Shown here piece after piece: positions 38,101-50,878 of a stretch of DNA of 64,000 bases (its first letter is position 1; each line of letters begins with the position of its first letter). Source of the stretch: Azolla caroliniana (taxonomy: Eukaryota; Plantae; Polypodiophyta); assembly GCA_043228905.1 (NCBI GenBank), contig JBHGNT010000012.1, positions 19,220,001 to 19,284,000 of the forward strand, read 5' to 3'. The notes under the pieces were generated by a model. It saw only the letters and a program-made list of their open reading frames with translations, did not search any database and was not told the origin of the DNA. The position numbers and the translations under genes are program-made.

Positions 38101-39871
38101 AGAACCTTGCCTACTTTCAGGATGCTCGTGTGTTGAATCGACGTCAAGCTCGGTGGGCCCACTTCCTCACCCGTTTCGACTTCAAAATTACATATCGTCT
38201 GGGGAAGCACCAAGGGAAGGCAGATGCATTATCACGGCGTTCGTATCTAGCACCCCGTCCCGGCGAGCCAACTTTCGATAACCAAAAACAAGTCATCTTG
38301 GGACCGGCACGACTACAAGCAACACAGATCTTTGACATGCCCATGGATTCCTGCGTTATCGATACCATACGTGAAGACTTGAAGACAGATGTGTTCGCCC
38401 AAGCTATACTAACACAAATTGATCCCTCTCGAGCGTCGTGTTCACAGTCTCAACCACCAGGTACGGACTATCGGCAATTCAAATACCATGATGGATTACT
38501 CTTCTTTTAAGAACTTTTGTATGTTCCTAATGGTTCTTGCCGCCTTCAAGTAGTACAAAACTGTCATGACACATATACAGCTGGGCATTTTGGTAGTACT
38601 AAAACGCTACATTTAGTACAACGATCATTCTGGTGGCCCTGTATGCGACAATTTGTCGAAGATTTTGTTCGGACTTGTGATACATGCTGTAGAGCGAAAA
38701 TGCCAAGGCATCATCCATATGGTTTGTTAGAACCATTACCAATTCCAAGCAAGCCGTGGCAATCCATTGCTCTAGACTTCATCACAGATCTTCCAATCTC
38801 TAAGGGGTTCAATGCGATTCTAACGGTGGTCGATCGATATACGAAGATGGCTCATTTCTTGCCATGTACTAAGGAGATCTCCAGTGAAGACACTGTCGAA
38901 ATTGTCATGCGTGAAGTATGTCGGCATCATGGACTTCCCGATAGTATCATCAGCGATCGTGGACCCCAGTTCGTGTCAAAATTCGGGAAGCACCTTTTTA
39001 ACATGCTCAAGTCACTTGTAACCTCTCCTCCGGCTACCACCCACAAACCGACGGCCAAGCCGAATGAACCAATCAAACGCTGGAGTAGTATCTGCGGTGC
39101 TTTCTCAGCTATCATCAGGATAACTGGGCAGATATTCTCCACTTCGCCGAATTTTCCTATAACAACTCTATCCACGCATCCACTAAAGTTACGCCATTTT
39201 ATGCTTATATGGGATGTCAACCCCGGTGGTGTGTACTTGAAACCCCAGAGGTGTCCACAAATCCTTGCGCAGAGGATCGTTTGGAGAGGTTACGCAAGAT
39301 ACAAGCGGATTTATCTACTCATCTCCAACAAGCTCAAGAAACACACAAGGTTTATGCGGATCGTCATCGACTCCCATCTAGTTTTAACATTGGAGATCGG
39401 GTATGGCTACTCAGACGACACATCAAGACTACTCGCCCATGCGAGAAGTTGGATTATCGGCGATTAAGTCCCTTACGTATTATAGGAAAGATTAATGATG
39501 TCGCTTTTCGTCTTGATCTACCTCCACAACTTCGGATACATCCGGTGTTTCATAGTTCTCTCCTTGAACCCTATCAAGAGAGCACCATCCGAGGACGTAT
39601 TACACAGCCTCCACCCCCGATCGAGCTTGAAGATGGACCTGAGTACGAGGTTGCCGCCATCCTTGATTCCAAGCTTGTTTGCAACAAGCTCTACTATCTA
39701 GTCGATTGGCTAGGATATAGTCCCAACGAGCGTACTTGGGAACCAATAGAGAATGTGGCCAATGCTCATGCTCTTCTTGAAGACTTCCATCGTCAATATC
39801 TAGACAAACCGGGTCCTCAATCCAAAACGACTCGTTACACTCGTCGTTTTAAAAGGGGGATAGTGTCATGA
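35137..39871 (+). pseudogene. T2 gag (35137-36288) and pol (-1 frame; PR, RT, RH, INT, chromodomain), with scattered stops
   Basis: KFDGTR, PTPMEID, ALLDSGA, YLDDLL, IISDRGPQF. Classical chromodomain YEVAAILDS..YYLVDWLGY..TWEP. Confidence 0.93.
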
Positions 39872-40498
39872 TATGGCAAGACTCGAACCCATGACCTTAT
39901 GCTACATGGGTCAAGCTCTTGACCATTAGACTATACATTTTAATACATAAAATATTATTTTCATTTATGTTTTATTATAGAAAATTGATATATATTCCAG
40001 ATTTCTCTGGAACATTCTAGAAACTTCAGGAGTATTCCGTAGAACACTATAAAAGGAGGCACAAGTCATTATTTCGAACCAAATCGGTTCAACGCTAGTC
40101 TTAAGACTCCTAGCTATTGTACATTTTCTTCATATAATATATATCTCTTCTTATCATCACTCTCTCTCTCTCTCGATCTCTCTCTCCCTCCCTCTCACTC
40201 ACTCTTTCCTTTTCTCGAGAGTTCTTCACCTCTCTTAGTACTAATACTTCTTTTAGTACTAATTCCTTCTCTGTCTTCGTACTGTTCCTGACACGGGTAA
40301 GGTACGCACGACACAATGAAGAGACGAGTACACAGGATGTTAACATGGAAAACCCAAACTAGGGAAAAAACCACGGCAGCCCACAGACTGCAAACTATCA
40401 CTATATCACAATGTACAATAGTAAATCACCGAGGCAACGACCTTGAGCTTGCTATCTTTGCCACAGGCGGCGGTTACAACAGAGGCAACGACCTCTTC

Positions 40499-40530
<32 letters not shown>

Positions 40531-41039
40531 ACACAGTTACGCACTCAAATCCTTCACCAACAAGAATGACAACTATTACTCTTCACTAAGTTTGCCCTAA
40601 GTCATATTTATACTAATATGACTTTCCGGCTATTTACAAATATAGCCCCGATGGACTCTCAGAAAACATATTTACGAATATGTCCCTTCATCCGGTGAGC
40701 ACTTCTCACTAGGCCTTCACCATCCGGCTCTTGCCGAGTACTCGTCATCTGGTTCTCACCGGGTCTTCCTTAGCCGTGTGCTCCACATCCGGTTCTCACC
40801 GGATCTTCTGTTGCCGGGTACCGCACATCCGGTTTCGGCCTCGGCCGAGTTTGCTCATCAACACCGTTCTTCTCACTTCCCATCCAGAGGGACTTGTTTC
40901 CTAACAGAAAGAAGTCGGACTTATCGCACACCCGGATATTTGGCGCGATAACGTCTGTGCACATCCCCGACGAGAAGCGTGAAAAGCTTGACCCGAAGTC
41001 GGAGAAATTTATCCCCGTAGGATACTCACTGGAGCAAAA

Positions 41040-41845
41040 TGTTGGGAGACAGGTCCCTCTAGATGGGAAGGGAGAAGAACAGTGTTGATGAACAAACTCG
41101 GCTGAGGCCGAAACCGGATGAGGAGTACCCAGCTACGGAGAGTCGGATGGTGCAGACCCAATGAGAACCGGATGAGGAGTACCCGGCTACGGAGAGCCGG
41201 ATGGTGCAGACCCGGTGAGAACCGGATGAGGAGTGCCCGGCTACGGAGAGCCCGATGGTGCAAACCCAGTGAGAACCAGATGAGGAGTGCCCGGCTACGG
41301 AGAGCCGGATGGTGCAGACCCGGTGAGAACCAGATGAGGAGTGCCCGGCTACGGAGAGCCCGATGGTGCAGACCCGGTGAGGAGTGCTCACCGGATGAAG
41401 AGACATATTCATAAATATGTTTCTAAGAGTCCATCATGGCTATATTTGTAAATAGCCGAAAAGTCATATTAGTATAAATATGACTTAGGGCAAACTTTTA
41501 GTTGTTGTTGTCATTCTTGTTGGTGCAAGGAGAGAGAGAGCGCGTAACTGTGTACAGAGAGAGAGAGAGAGAAAGAGGTCGTTGCCTCTGTTGTAACCGC
41601 CGCCTGTGGTGAGGATCGTGAGCACGAGGTCGTTGCCTCCGTGAACTCACTGTTGTACATTCTAACATAGTGATAGTTTGCAGCCTGTGGGCTGCCGTGA
41701 TTTTTCCCTTAGTTTGGGTTTTCCACGTAAACATCCTGCGTACTCGTCTCTTCTTCGTGTCATTCATTATTTCCCGTTTTCTGTGTATGATTCTAAGCTC
41801 GGTTGTGGCCGAGCGTTGCGTATAGGGAGCGTGCAGTTCCCGTCA
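41040..41845 (+). mobile_element. S2: solo LTR related to Copia-F, inserted in the Copia-E integrase
   Basis: TG..CA with perfect TSD CAAAA. Aligns to the reverse complement of the Copia-F LTR. No internal domain. Confidence 0.93.
41112..41398. repeat. 51-bp tandem array (~5.5 copies) in the U3 of S2
   Basis: AACCGGATGAGGAGT.CCCGGCTACGGAGAGCC.GATGGTGCAGACCCGGTGAG repeated. Confidence 0.92.
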
Positions 41846-44570
41846 CAAAAGGGGTACAAGTGCTACAACCCCTCAACTCGAAAATCTCGAGTAAGTCGAG
41901 ATGTTGTTTTTGACGAGTCCGCATCCTGGTATGATCCAAAGACAACTTCGACTCCGACTCCGCTTGACTTGGAATCTACCAAACAAGAGATAGAGGATGA
42001 AGATCTCCTTACACGCATGTTCGAAGAAATTCCAATCACGACCCGACTGAGCGAACCACAAGAGTGTTTGAGCGATCAAAGCACATCATGACCTAGCCCG
42101 AGGATGTACAAAGGCAAAACGAAAATGTCGGAATACGAAGAAGATCGTTTCGACGACAATGAGTCGACTCACTCAGTTGATAGTGAGTTCGGTGGCGTCG
42201 ATGTACCAATCGGAGCTAAGATAGCCCTCATCTCTGCAAATGAAAACCTCCGTCTCTCCACCCGTGAAAAGAATCCGGTCAGCCGATTCGGTTACAATGA
42301 CTACATGGCATATCACAATGCCTTTATGATGAAGGTGGCGACAGTACACAAGCCGGAAACATTTTTCGAAGCAGCCAAGGATCCATGATGGATCGAAGCC
42401 ATGAACGAGGAGATGCATGCACTACGCAAGAACGAGACATGGGATCTCGTCCCTAGCTCACCACACAAAAAGGCGATCGGATGTAGATGGATTTACAAAG
42501 TGAAGTACAACGCTGACGGTTTTGTCAACCGCTACAAAGCGCAACTCATAGCAAAAGGCTACGCACAAACGCACGGAGTTGACTACGAAGAGAGCTTTGC
42601 CCCGGTGGCAAAGATGATGACGGTACGGACTGTAATTGCGCTTGCCGCGCCGAAAGGGTGGAACCTCCATCAAATGGGCATCAAGAACGCCTTTCTATAA
42701 GGCAAATTAGAAGAGGAGGTGTACATGATACAACCACCCGGCTTCAACTCGAGCACTCATCCAAAAGTTGTATGCCGACTCAAGAAGCCACTCTACGGCC
42801 TCAAGCAAGCATTGCGTGCTTGGCATTCAAAGATAACGCAATACCTTCATCAAATCGGCTTCCGTATGTCAAAATCAGACAACTCCCTCTACATAGGAAG
42901 CGATTCCGCAAGTCCGATCGTCATCATCTTATATGTGGATGACCTAGTCATTGGAGGTGAGCATCTCGTCGAAATCAATAAGGTCAAATCCCTCCTTTCC
43001 GACAAGTTCGAGATGATGGACATGAAGGAGCTCCACTACTTCCTCGACATCGTGGTAATTTGGACTCCGGCCGGAATCATGATATCTCAACGACACTACA
43101 TACTCAACTTGTTATACAAGTTCGGTATGGCTGAGTGCAAATCCGCGGCAACCCCGCTCAATCGCAATCTCAAACTAGATGCAAACTCCGGCACCAAAGC
43201 GTGTGAGTTGACTCAGTATCGGTAACTCATCGGGAGTCTCATCTACCTCACGATCACACGACCTGATCTCAGTTATCCGGTCGGTCTCCTTAACCAATTC
43301 ATGCAAACACCGCGTGATACTCACTTGGATTGTGCTAAGCGAGTTCTATGATACGTGAGCGGCGTAATGGATTGCGGCATCCTCTACAAGATTGTGATGC
43401 CAATATGACTCGAGGGGTACACAGACACCGATTGGGCCGGCTACAAAGCCGATCGAAGATCAACCTCCGCATTTGTTTGTTCCCTTAGTAGCGGAGCAAT
43501 ATCCTGAAGCAGCAAAAAGCAACCAACCGTCGCTCTTTCGAGCACAGAGGCGGAATACAGGGGCGCGGTAGTGGCCGCATGTGAAGCCGTATGGCTCAAA
43601 AGGATACTCAAGGATCTGGGCGTACCCATCAAGGATCCGACTTCCCTTTACTGCGACAACATGAGTAGTATTTATCTGGCTCGGAATCCAGTGTTCCATG
43701 CGCGGACAAAGCACATCGAAGTGCACTATCACTTCATCCGAGAGCGCGTTCTAGCTGGCGATGTTGACCTACAACACATTAGCACAAATCTTCAAACAAC
43801 CGACATCTTCACTAAAGCATTAGGAGTAGACAAGCTATGGCAATTCATGACCGATCTCGGATTGATAATCCCTAACCTGCCAAGCTTGAGGGGGAGTACT
43901 GAAGACACTACTCAATAACGGGTGGATTCTGCAACCGCGCAACGAAGCTGCGAAGAGCTGATTGACCGTGCAAAGCCGCGAAGAAAGACGCAAGCCAAAG
44001 CACAGGCTTCGCAACTACACACAACGCAAGTTGGAGCATGAATTCCGCAACTCCGCATAAATGCGAATCGATGCGAGGCGACGCATATTCCGGAACGCGA
44101 GTCGAAGCGGATTTTGGATACTGTCTGAAACCGACTCAACTTGAGCTTGAGGGGGCGTGTTGAGAATCAAGCTCAACTTGGTCTAGTGTGTGAACTCACC
44201 TTGAGAGTGAATAGACACTCCAACGGTCAAGAGTCACCATTATGTCACCACTTTGTATTCTAGCATTTAGTATGAGTCATAGAATCATATTCTATGACAG
44301 ATAACTTATGAGCTTTCACATTCCCCATGCTCCATGAGTCTTGTAGTTAATGAAGAGAGAGGGTGACTATATAAAGCACCCTTCTCCCACCTTGTAAAAA
44401 TGTTGAGTCTTTCTCCTTTGTTAATATATTCTTACCTTGCGTATTCTCTGTGTCTTACTCCTTGTCTCTCACTCTCTCTCTCTCTCTCTCATACACACAC
44501 AGTCCATATCTATTCCGCTGCACAGAATCCATCTCTTGATTCTTTACATAATATATATCTTTTGTTATCA

Positions 44571-44622
<52 letters not shown>

Positions 44623-45977
44623 CTTCTCTTGAGAGTTCTACACCTCCCTTAGTACTAATCCTCATCTTTTAGTACTAATTCCTTCTCTGTCTTAGTACTG
44701 TTCTTGACAATACTTCTCTGTCTTAGTACTGCTCCTGATAGTTTGAACCGATTTCGGTATCCTTCCTTCTCTTCCTTTATCTTCTTACTTCTCGCTCCCT
44801 TCATACTAATCTCTTATTCCTCTTTTCTCTCATACTATGGCCACTGTTAGCGCTCAAGAATATCAATCTGTTTTTTCGGAGTTGCAATGCTTGAAAGAAA
44901 AGTTTCTCGCATTGGAACAAGAAAATCAACGACTGTTGGGGGAGCTTCAACAAATCTCCTTAGAGAAACAGCAAGCGCAACAACAACATGGGGAACTAGC
45001 GTTACGCGTGCAACAACTTGAAGCAACCATAGTAGCAATGCAACAACAAAGGATCTAGTACGCAGGGAGGTCATAAAGAACCCAAGATCAGCCTTCCCAT
45101 GAAATTCGATGGAACGCGATTGCAGTTTAGAGGATTCCTTAATCAGGTACAATTAGTCATTCAAATGCATCCTTCCCGATATCCCACCGATGCATCACGA
45201 TTGGGTTTAGTAGGCACGTTGTTAAGTGGCTCAGCTTTGGCATGGTTCACTCCGTTAGTTAGAAAAGGAATCTCCTTTACTAAACAAATTTGAAGAGTTT
45301 TTAAGTGAGTTTAAAGACTGTTTTGGAGATATCAACAACATAAGGACAACAATCAATAAAATCCGACGATTACGTCAAGGTGATCATCCAGCCTCCGCAT
45401 ACGCTGCAGATTTCTGCCTACTCGCCTCTGATATCCCTTGGGATGACCAAGCACTAATGGAGCAATTTTGTTATGGTCTACGTAATGATGTCAAGGATTT
45501 ACTTTTGACCTTCCCCGAAGAACCAAAGTCATTGACAGAAGCAATCAGTCGCGCAATGAGATGCGACAACCGTCTTTTCGAACGATGTTCGAAACGTCAG
45601 TTCCAGATGCCAAGGGCAAGATTAGAGCCCACCTACGCCTCAGTGGTAGCAAAACCTGTTCCAAGGGAGTCATATAATGCATCTCTAGTGAATATTCCAA
45701 CTCCTATGGAAATTGACAGTGCACGTCGTCGCGTACCATTATTGGAAGAAGAGAAGCAATGACGCTGAGCAAATCGACTATGTCTTTATTGTGGTGGACC
45801 AGGGCATATTGGAGTGAACTGTCCCCATAGGCCAAGAAGACAGGTGAACCAAATAGTTGCTAGTTCTAATTATACTAAACTCGAGTCTATTTTAGTAGGA
45901 ATATCTGATAGTCCTAATAGTACTAATAGCCCAAATCTATTGAACAAATTTGATGTCCTTAGTCAGTTAGAAGAAGA

Positions 45978-46029
45978 GTTAAACGACTAAGTCTAGCCAA
46001 AATAGGAGCCGTTTGGTTGGACAACCCTA
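45978..46029 (+). other. Putative -1 ribosomal frameshift cassette at the T1 gag/pol junction (T2 copy at 36276-36327)
   Basis: G_TTA_AAC, a 6-nt spacer containing the gag stop, then an 11-bp stem. pol is in the -1 frame. Confidence 0.7.
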
Positions 46030-46167
46030 GATCTGTGCAGCCCATTAGTGGTTCCATTCCCTCTAATCAAGTTGGCAATATGTTCTTAGCCCAAGTAACC
46101 GTTAGTACTAAAAGTGTTGGGATTACGGTCCCTCCGGATGGAATGGTCAGATGTCCGGGAATCGGGA

Positions 46168-46303
46168 ATGAAGACCCGGTTCCGGAGCCGGATAATGAAG
46201 ACCCGGTTCCGGAGCCGGATGATGAAGACCCGGTTCCGGATCCGGATGATGAAGACCCGGTTCCGGATCCGGATGATGAAGACCCCGGCTACGGAGCCGG
46301 ATG
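46168..46303. repeat. 27/28-bp tandem array in the Copia-H U3 (3' LTR copy at 50942-51078)
   Basis: Five units of ATGAAGACCCGGTTCCGGA.CCGGAT. Confidence 0.92.
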
Positions 46304-46489
46304 ACGAATGTACCCGGAGAGAGATCCGGATGCGGGGACATACTTATGAATATGTTTGCCATGGGCCCTTGAGGCTATATTTGTAAATAGCCCGAAAGTC
46401 ATATGTGTATAAATATGACTTAGGGCAAACAGTTTTGATGTGGTTACTCATTTTTTTGGTTTTCCACTTAGAGGGAGCTAAGTGAGCAG

Positions 46490-46524
<35 letters not shown>

Positions 46525-46817
46525 GAAGAGGTCGTTGCCTCTGTGTATTACCGCCGCCTGTGGCGAAGACAGTGAGCTCAAGGTTGTTGCCTTGTAGCTT
46601 CACCATTGTACATCTCTGTTCATAGTGATAGTTGGAGTTTGAGGACTCCCGTGGTTTTTCCCATTTAGGGTTTTCCACATAAAACATCCAGTGTACTCTT
46701 CTCTCTATTGACTTCGTGCATTTTGTATTTCCTGTTTTCTGTGAGTTAATCATATTCCTCGGTTGTGGCCGAGCACTGTGCTCATCAAGTGGTATCAGAG
46801 CGACGGCAGTGCAGAAA

Positions 46818-49800
46818 ATGGAAGGCGGCAGCAGCGGGCAGCCGGGGATGATGGTGCTGAATGCGCAGAACTACGCCGACTGGAAGATAAAGATGGAGGA
46901 TCTGCTCATTGTTCGGGACCTGTATGAACCGATTGACAGGTCGGAAATACCCAAGGGGGTACTTGAGACGGAATGGAGGCTTCTGAACCGGAAAGCCGTT
47001 GCAACCATTCGGCAATACGTCGACGTGAGCGTTCTACAACATGTGGCGAACGACACCAACGCATACGAGATGTGGCGGAAGCTGTCAGGCCTCTACGAGA
47101 GGAAGAATGCGTTGAACCGGACCTCCCTGATGAGGAAGATAGTGAACCTCAAGTACCGGGACGGCGAGAGTATGGTGGAACACGTAAGCACGTTCATGGG
47201 ATTCGTGAACCAGCTTGCGGCGATCAAGTTCCCGTTGGAGGATGCAATGCAAGCCATCATCCTGATGTGTACATTGCCGGAAAGCTGGGAGAACTTGGTG
47301 GTGACTCTCAGCACCTCCTGCACCGAAGATAACTTGTCCCTACAAACGGTAAAGACAAGTATTTTGAACGAAGAAGCGCGTCGGAGAGATAAAGAACTGG
47401 CCTCCGACTCGAAGGCGCTGCTTACCGAATCGGAACGGGGAAGACAACGGAACCGGAGTCCGCAAAGACGGGAGAAGTCGGGGACCCGGTCGCAGTCAAG
47501 AGGAAGGCCCACATGCTTCCACTGTGGGAAGCCGGGGCACTTCCGGAAGAATTGTCGGCATTACCGAAAAGACAACGGAGCCGACGACACCGATTCGAAG
47601 AAGTCACCGGAGCGAAACGGTGCATACCGGGGAGCCACGGACCGGAGAGGTCCGGATCGGCGAGGGCAGGACCGGAAAGGAACGACGGCACTCGCGGCAA
47701 GTGAAGAAGAGATAATGCTCATTACCGAAGAGAGGGAGCTGAACCTTGCCGGTGAAGAGATGACCTGGGTGGTCGATTCCGGAGCATCGTTCCACCTGAC
47801 CCCGGAGAAGAAATACTTCTCATCCTACACAGCCGGTGAGCACGGCTGTGTCCGGATGGGAAATGAAGGTACATGCCGGATTGCCGGCATAGGAGACGTG
47901 TGGCTGATGACATCAACCGGATGCAAGATGCTGCTGAAGGATGTTCGACACGTTCCGGAGGTTCGATTGAACCTGGTTTCGGCCGGGAGGCTAGACGATG
48001 AAGGCTACACGGGTAGCATCCAGAACAGTGTCATGAAATTCAGCAAAGGGAGCCTGATAGTGGCTCGGGCCCGGAAGATCAACACACTGTACCTGATGAA
48101 TTCCCGGCTATGTCCGGAGGAGCTGAACGTGGCAGCTGACACTGCCGGTGAGCTATGGCACAAGAGACTGTGCCACATGAGCGAGAAGGGGATGAAGAGG
48201 CTTGCCGAAGACAACCTGATACCGGTAAAGCATGTACACTTGGGGAAGTGTACCGACTGTCTGGCCGGTAAGCAAAACCGGACCTCCTTCCACTCAAGGC
48301 CACCGACGAGACGTAGTGCACCATTGGAGTTGGTGCACACTGACGTGTGTCAAGTAGAAACGAAGTCACATGGCGGAGCCCAGTACTTCGTGACATTCAT
48401 TGATGACCACAGCCGGAAGCTGTGGACGGCACCGTTGAAGACAAAGGACCAAGTATTGTCCGTCTTCAAAGAACTTCACGCGAGAGTGGAAAGAGAATCC
48501 GGCAAGAAGCTGAAAGCGATACGAGCGGATAACGGAGGGGAATACCGGGGGCAGTTCGCGGAGTACTGTCGCTCGAAGGGAATCCGGCTCGAGTTTACTG
48601 TGCCGAAGACGCCGGAACTGAACAGGCTGGCCGAGAGGATGAACCGGACCATAATGGAGAGGGTCCGGAGTATGCTGGCGCATGCGAAATTACCCAAGGG
48701 GTTTTGGGCTGAGGCAATGTCGACGGCGACATACGTGATAAACAGATCACCCTCAGTACCTTTGGACGGAGACACGCCGCAGAGAGTGTGGACCGGTAGG
48801 GAAGTATCCTACCGGCATCTGAAGGTGTTCGGGTGTCTCGCATACGTGCATGTGGCAAAGGACCGGAGAGGAAAGCTAGATCCAAAGACCCGGCCATGCA
48901 TATTCCTCGGTTACGGCGATGACGAGTTCGGCTACCGAGTATGGGACCCGGTCGACAAAAAGATATTCCGGAGTCGTGATATCATCTTCATGGAGGACAA
49001 GACACTCGCCGACTGGGAGTCGGAGAAGAAGATGAAGAGCTCCAAGTCGACTGGTGAGGATCAACTCTACGAGGAGCAGTCCCGACCGGCAAGGGACCGG
49101 TTAGCACTCGAGGATCCGGCCGAAGACGGTGAAGAAACAGAACCGGCCGAGGAAGATGAAACTGATACCGGAACCGGCCCCGATCCCGAAATGGATTCGG
49201 ATGAAGAGGAAACGGAGGAGCCGGTTACCGAAGCTCCGGAACGGAGATATCCTCTAAGAGAGAGAAGGGCCCCCCGGAGATTTCCGGAACCAGAGCACGT
49301 GTTGCTAACCGACGAGGGGGAGCCGGAGAGTTTTGAAGAAGCAAGGCTTGACACCCATAGCCGCAGGTGGTTAAGTGCCATGCAGGAGGAGATGGATTCC
49401 CTGCATGAGAACCACACATATGAACTTGTGGAGTTGCCGAAAGGAAAGCGGGCACTTCGAAACAAGTGGGTGTTCAAGCTGAAACCGGGAGATGCCGGAA
49501 ACCCCCCGAGATACAAAGCCAGGATCGTGGTGAAGGGGTTCCAGCAGAAGAAGGGCGTCGACTTCGACGAGATATTTGCCCCGGTAGTGAAGATGACCTC
49601 CATCCGGACGGTGCTGAGCATAGCGGCAAGCATGGACCTCGAGGTAGAACAGATGGACGTGAAGACGGTGACCTCGAAGAAGAGATCTACATGCAGCAAC
49701 CGGAAGGATTCGAGAAGAAAGGGAAGGAGCACCTGGTATGCCGGTTGAAGAAGAGCCTTTATGGACTGAAGCAGGCTCCCCGGCAATGGTACCGGAAGTT

Positions 49801-50878
49801 CGACTCTTTCATGACCGACGAAGGGTACCACAAAATGCAGTCCGATCACTGCGTGTTTGTGAAGAAGTTCGAGGGAGGAGACCCAAAGATACTCCTCCTG
49901 TACGTGGACGACATGTTGATCGTCGGACGGGACCAGGTCAAGATACGAATGCTGAAGAAAGCGCTTCACCGAACCTTCTCAATGAAGGACCTGGGTCCGG
50001 CGAGGCAAATACTAGGGATGCACATCATCCGGGACCGGAAGAAGAAGCAGTTGTGGCTGTCTCAGGAGAAGTACGTGACAAAAGTGCTTCACCGGTTCAA
50101 CATGTCGGAAGCAAGACCGGTCAGGTCAACCCTCCCGGCAAACTGCAAGTTGTCCAGCAAGCAAAGTCCCAAGACAAAGGTTGAAAAGGAGTATATGATG
50201 AAGATACCATATGCCTCTGCCGTCGGGAGCTTGATGTACGCAATGGTGTGTACCCGACCGGACATTGGATACGAAGTAGGAGTGGTGAGCCGGTATATGA
50301 GTAATCCCGGCAAGGAGCACTGGAACGCGGTCAAATGGATACTCCGATACTTAAAGGGCACTTCGAACATGTGCCTCCGATTCGGCTCCGGTAAGCCCGA
50401 ACTCGATGGATTTACCGATTCGGACATGTCGGCTGATGCAGATACCAGCCGGTCTACATCTGGGTATGTAATGACATATGCAGGGGGAGCCGTTTCGTGG
50501 TAGTCGAGGCTGCAGAAGACGGATGCTTTGTCAACCACGGAGGCGGAGTACATGGCGGCTGTTGAAGCCGGCAAGGAAATGATATGGATGAAGGACTTCA
50601 TTAGAGAGCTCGGTATCCGGCAGGAGGAGTACCGACTCTACTGCGACAGTCAGAGTGCCATCCACCTTGCGAAGAACGCGGCCTATCACTCCCGGACGAA
50701 GCACATCCAGCGAAGATATCACTGGATCCGGGAAAGGATAGAAGACCAGGAGTTCGTGCTGACGAAGATCCACACGGACGAGAACGGGTCAGACATGCTG
50801 ACCAAAGTGCTCACACCCGACAAGTTGGAAGCGTGCCGGAAGAGGGTCGGACTGGAAAGACATCCCATGCCGAAGTGA
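46818..50878 (+). pseudogene. Copia-H gag-pol, nearly intact
   Basis: Open from ATG 46818 to ~49667, where a short deletion removes the AFLH codons of RT and shifts the frame. One stop at 50501. Confidence 0.95.

Larger units (their letters stand above)
34627..40293 (+). mobile_element. T2: full-length Tf1/Tcn1-like gypsy chromovirus inserted in the Copia-F 5' LTR (LTRs 34627-35062 and 39864-40293)
   Basis: TG..CA LTRs. Perfect TSD CGGGT. PPT AAAAGGGGGATAG at 39851-39863. No tRNA-type PBS. Confidence 0.96.
29787..40906 (-). mobile_element. Copia-F: Tnt1/Tork-like copia (3' LTR 29787-30509; 5' LTR 34553-34626 + 40299-40906, split by T2)
   Basis: Perfect TSD GAAAG. PPT (reverse) AACTCCCCCTTC at 30510-30521. 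PBS (reverse) GCTCTGATAGCA at 34538-34549. Confidence 0.95.
27666..43918 (+). pseudogene. Copia-E gag-pol remnant in three pieces (27666-29786, 40912-41039, 41851-43918)
   Basis: [48 protein letters not shown]. Many stops. Confidence 0.9.
27133..44548 (+). mobile_element. Copia-E: copia inserted in the T1 5' LTR (LTRs 27133-27506 and 44158-44548)
   Basis: TG..CA LTR pair. Perfect TSD TAATA. PBS TGGTATCAGAGC at 27507. PPT at 44149-44157. Confidence 0.95.

Noticed and set aside
46716-46817. N-terminal extension of the Copia-H ORF (and 34523-34594 in Copia-F)
   Set aside because: These start at non-ATG codons inside the LTR and cross the PBS. The likely starts are ATG 46818 and 34522.
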